From: Promethearchaeota archaeon
GTDB lineage: Archaea > Asgardarchaeota > Lokiarchaeia > Sigyniarchaeales > SOKP01
Length of the DNA: 16,792 nt
Reading direction: 5' to 3'
Assembly (NCBI GenBank): GCA_011364925.1
Contig: RDOA01000021.1
Location: 37,511 to 54,302, forward strand
Shown: piece by piece, positions 14,824-16,792 of the stretch
Position numbering within the stretch: the first letter of the stretch is position 1
How the letters are laid out: every line of letters starts with the position of its first letter
Notes under the pieces: generated by a model
Databases searched by the model: none
Seen by the model: only the letters and a program-made list of their open reading frames with translations
What the model was told of the DNA's origin: nothing
Position numbers and translations under genes: made by a program

Positions 14824-16792
14824 ATGAATAGGAAAATTAAAACGTTTATTTCGATAAATTTACTGATATTAAGTGTGTTAATTGCTTGTAGTAATCAATT
14901 CAAGGTCGTTCGTTCCCAATCTACTGGAGATTCTTTAACGATCGGTAGTAGCTATAGATTTCAAGAGTTTTCGAATTTATCTTTAACACAGTATAATACA
15001 AACCATATAAACATAAGTCTTCCAGATGCAAGATGGAATCTGACTAATATAAAAATGAGTTTTACTGACATTAAACTAGGAGAAGAAATTAAATCAATTG
15101 AAGAAGGAGGATCGAGTTTTAAGCCAATTTATAAAGCTGTGAAGGGATACGGAGTTCAACTCAACATAACAGAAGCTATTACACTTTTAGGGGTACAGAT
15201 TTATGGATATTTAGAATTAACATCTTCAAGTCAAGTTTACGTACAGATAAATGGATACGATATTGGTAATAATTGGCCGAATGCTACTGTGTATGGTAAT
15301 CCCGTCCCAATAAACATCTCAAGTGTTCCCAATTGGTATGAACAAAAATTTCCAGAACCAATTTCTCTTTCGGCGGGTTATTACTATTTAGTAGTTAACG
15401 GATCTGAGTATATACCATCCGATAACTCTAAATATAACTGGTTTTTAAACGAGGATGATTCAATCTATACGCATCTTTATACTTCAAAATATACAAGCGG
15501 AGTGTGGTCTATAGAGGCTCAAGGCAAACCATTTAGGCACAGATTAATCCAACGAACCGACAAATCATATAATCCTGAAGCTATTAACATGACCGTTAAG
15601 GTTGATGATACTTTCTATGAAATCACAGAGGATTTGCCCGGAACTGGAAAAGTGGAAATTTCAGATATTAAAATGCCAATTAATCAAACTGGGATAAATT
15701 TCCAAGTAAATCATAATCAATCGGTTGAATTGATGTTTAATGTAAGTTGCGATCTCGAATTAGAAAACTATTTTAGTTCTCTTGGAGAGGTAGAGATAGC
15801 AGAAACTCATGATAATTATTGGAGTGTCAATCCCATAATCGACCCTGAATATACTAATTATTCCGTAAAATTTTCTTTCCCACAAAAATGGACTGATATT
15901 AGGGTATTTAGAAATTCTGTCAACATTACCAGCCTAGTGGATATCAATTATACTGATAATATTATCTATATCTCTGAAGATTTAATCTCAGAAGGTGATT
16001 CATGGGAAATTTCCGCTCACAGTTCGAAAACTGACTTTAACCTCGATGTAAGCAGAACAGAGTTTTATGTAGGTCAAGAATTGAAGTTTTTTGTTGCTCC
16101 TCCCGTTTTAGAAGGAAATTATACTTTTATTTTAACAGATACTTTTAAGGATCAAATCAATAGTACGACAAAACAATTACCTAGTGGTTCAAATAGCTTC
16201 ACATATACGATACCAATGAATGCTCTGGATGGTTCCTATAAAGCATATGTGTATTGGTATAACGGTACTGACGCAGGCGTAGCTACTCATGTATTTTCTG
16301 TCATTATACCAGATATAATTGATTGGACATTAATAATTGTTATACTGGTTGTAGTAGGATTAGGATCAGCGGTAACTGCTTCATCAATCGTTATCGCTAA
16401 GAAAAATAAACGCAAAAAAGAAGCTTTAAAACAAAAGACGATTCATAAATTCATGGATATTCTGAATTTAAACTATGTAATAATGATCGAGAAGAAATCA
16501 TCTCTAAATGTCTATGATCAGAATTTTACTGAAAAAAAAATCAATTCAACGCTCGTTTCGGGCTTTTTGGAAGCTATTCGTACGTTTGGATTGGATCTCT
16601 CAGGCTCGGGAGAACACTCACAAACCGTTAAACTCGAGTATCAAAACTCAAAAATCTTGATGTCAGATTATAAAAACTTCCGACTCATATGTATCATGAA
16701 AGAAGTACCATCCTCTCAATTTTACGAAGTAATTAATAATTTATCCTTAGAAATTGAGGAACGGTATGGAACTTATTTAGAGAATTTCAAAG
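14824..16792 (+). CDS. Large single-pass surface glycoprotein with cytoplasmic longin-like domain, 3'-truncated (not in ORF track)
   Basis: Stop-free frame of 656 codons from ATG 14824 to the window end. Signal peptide MNRKIKTFISINLLILSVLIAC, beta-rich ectodomain with about 17 N-x-S/T sequons by manual count, TM WTLIIVILVVVGLGSAVTASSIVIA (16324-16398), KKNKRKK, then LNYVIMIEKKSSLNVYDQNF...STLVSGFLEAIRTFG...KLEYQNSKILMSDYKNFRLICIMKE. Confidence 0.88.
   Translation, partial: MNRKIKTFISINLLILSVLIACSNQFKVVRSQSTGDSLTIGSSYRFQEFSNLSLTQYNTNHINISLPDARWNLTNIKMSFTDIKLGEEIKSIEEGGSSFKPIYKAVKGYGVQLNITEAITLLGVQIYGYLELTSSSQVYVQINGYDIGNNWPNATVYGNPVPINISSVPNWYEQKFPEPISLSAGYYYLVVNGSEYIPSDNSKYNWFLNEDDSIYTHLYTSKYTSGVWSIEAQGKPFRHRLIQRTDKSYNPEAINMTVKVDDTFYEITEDLPGTGKVEISDIKMPINQTGINFQVNHNQSVELMFNVSCDLELENYFSSLGEVEIAETHDNYWSVNPIIDPEYTNYSVKFSFPQKWTDIRVFRNSVNITSLVDINYTDNIIYISEDLISEGDSWEISAHSSKTDFNLDVSRTEFYVGQELKFFVAPPVLEGNYTFILTDTFKDQINSTTKQLPSGSNSFTYTIPMNALDGSYKAYVYWYNGTDAGVATHVFSVIIPDIIDWTLIIVILVVVGLGSAVTASSIVIAKKNKRKKEALKQKTIHKFMDILNLNYVIMIEKKSSLNVYDQNFTEKKINSTLVSGFLEAIRTFGLDLSGSGEHSQTVKLEYQNSKILMSDYKNFRLICIMKEVPSSQFYEVINNLSLEIEERYGTYLENFK

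Noticed and set aside
14884-14892. Lipobox-like LIAC in the surface protein signal peptide
   Set aside because: Possible, but the protein already has a C-terminal TM anchor, and lipidation cannot be supported from sequence alone.

Overview
AT-rich archaeal chromosomal segment. The gene content points to an Asgard archaeon, most likely Lokiarchaeia (inference, not a database result): a V4R protein, an Arf/Rag-like GTPase with a roadblock-like tail, a vWA-RING protein, a TPR/SNAP-like protein, a longin-tailed membrane protein and an orphan MtrH homologue. Left part (1-5.7 kb): partial V4R protein, small His-motif protein, HhH-GTPase-roadblock fusion, vWA protein with two C4HC3 zinc fingers resembling eukaryotic TFIIH p44/Ssl1, MtrH-family methyltransferase and an alpha-helical repeat protein. 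Middle: divergent ArsR-type and RHH regulators around a 618-bp spacer carrying phased TACAT repeats, then a divergent maltokinase-like / GH57 glucanotransferase pair. Right: a membrane protein, a possible 47-aa protein, a U32-pcm operon and a large single-pass glycoprotein with a cytoplasmic longin-like domain. The U32 gene has a conserved N-terminus with no ATG/GTG/TTG and probably starts at ATT. The glycoprotein ORF is missing from the supplied track because it runs off the window. No rRNA, tRNA, CRISPR array or mobile element was seen.
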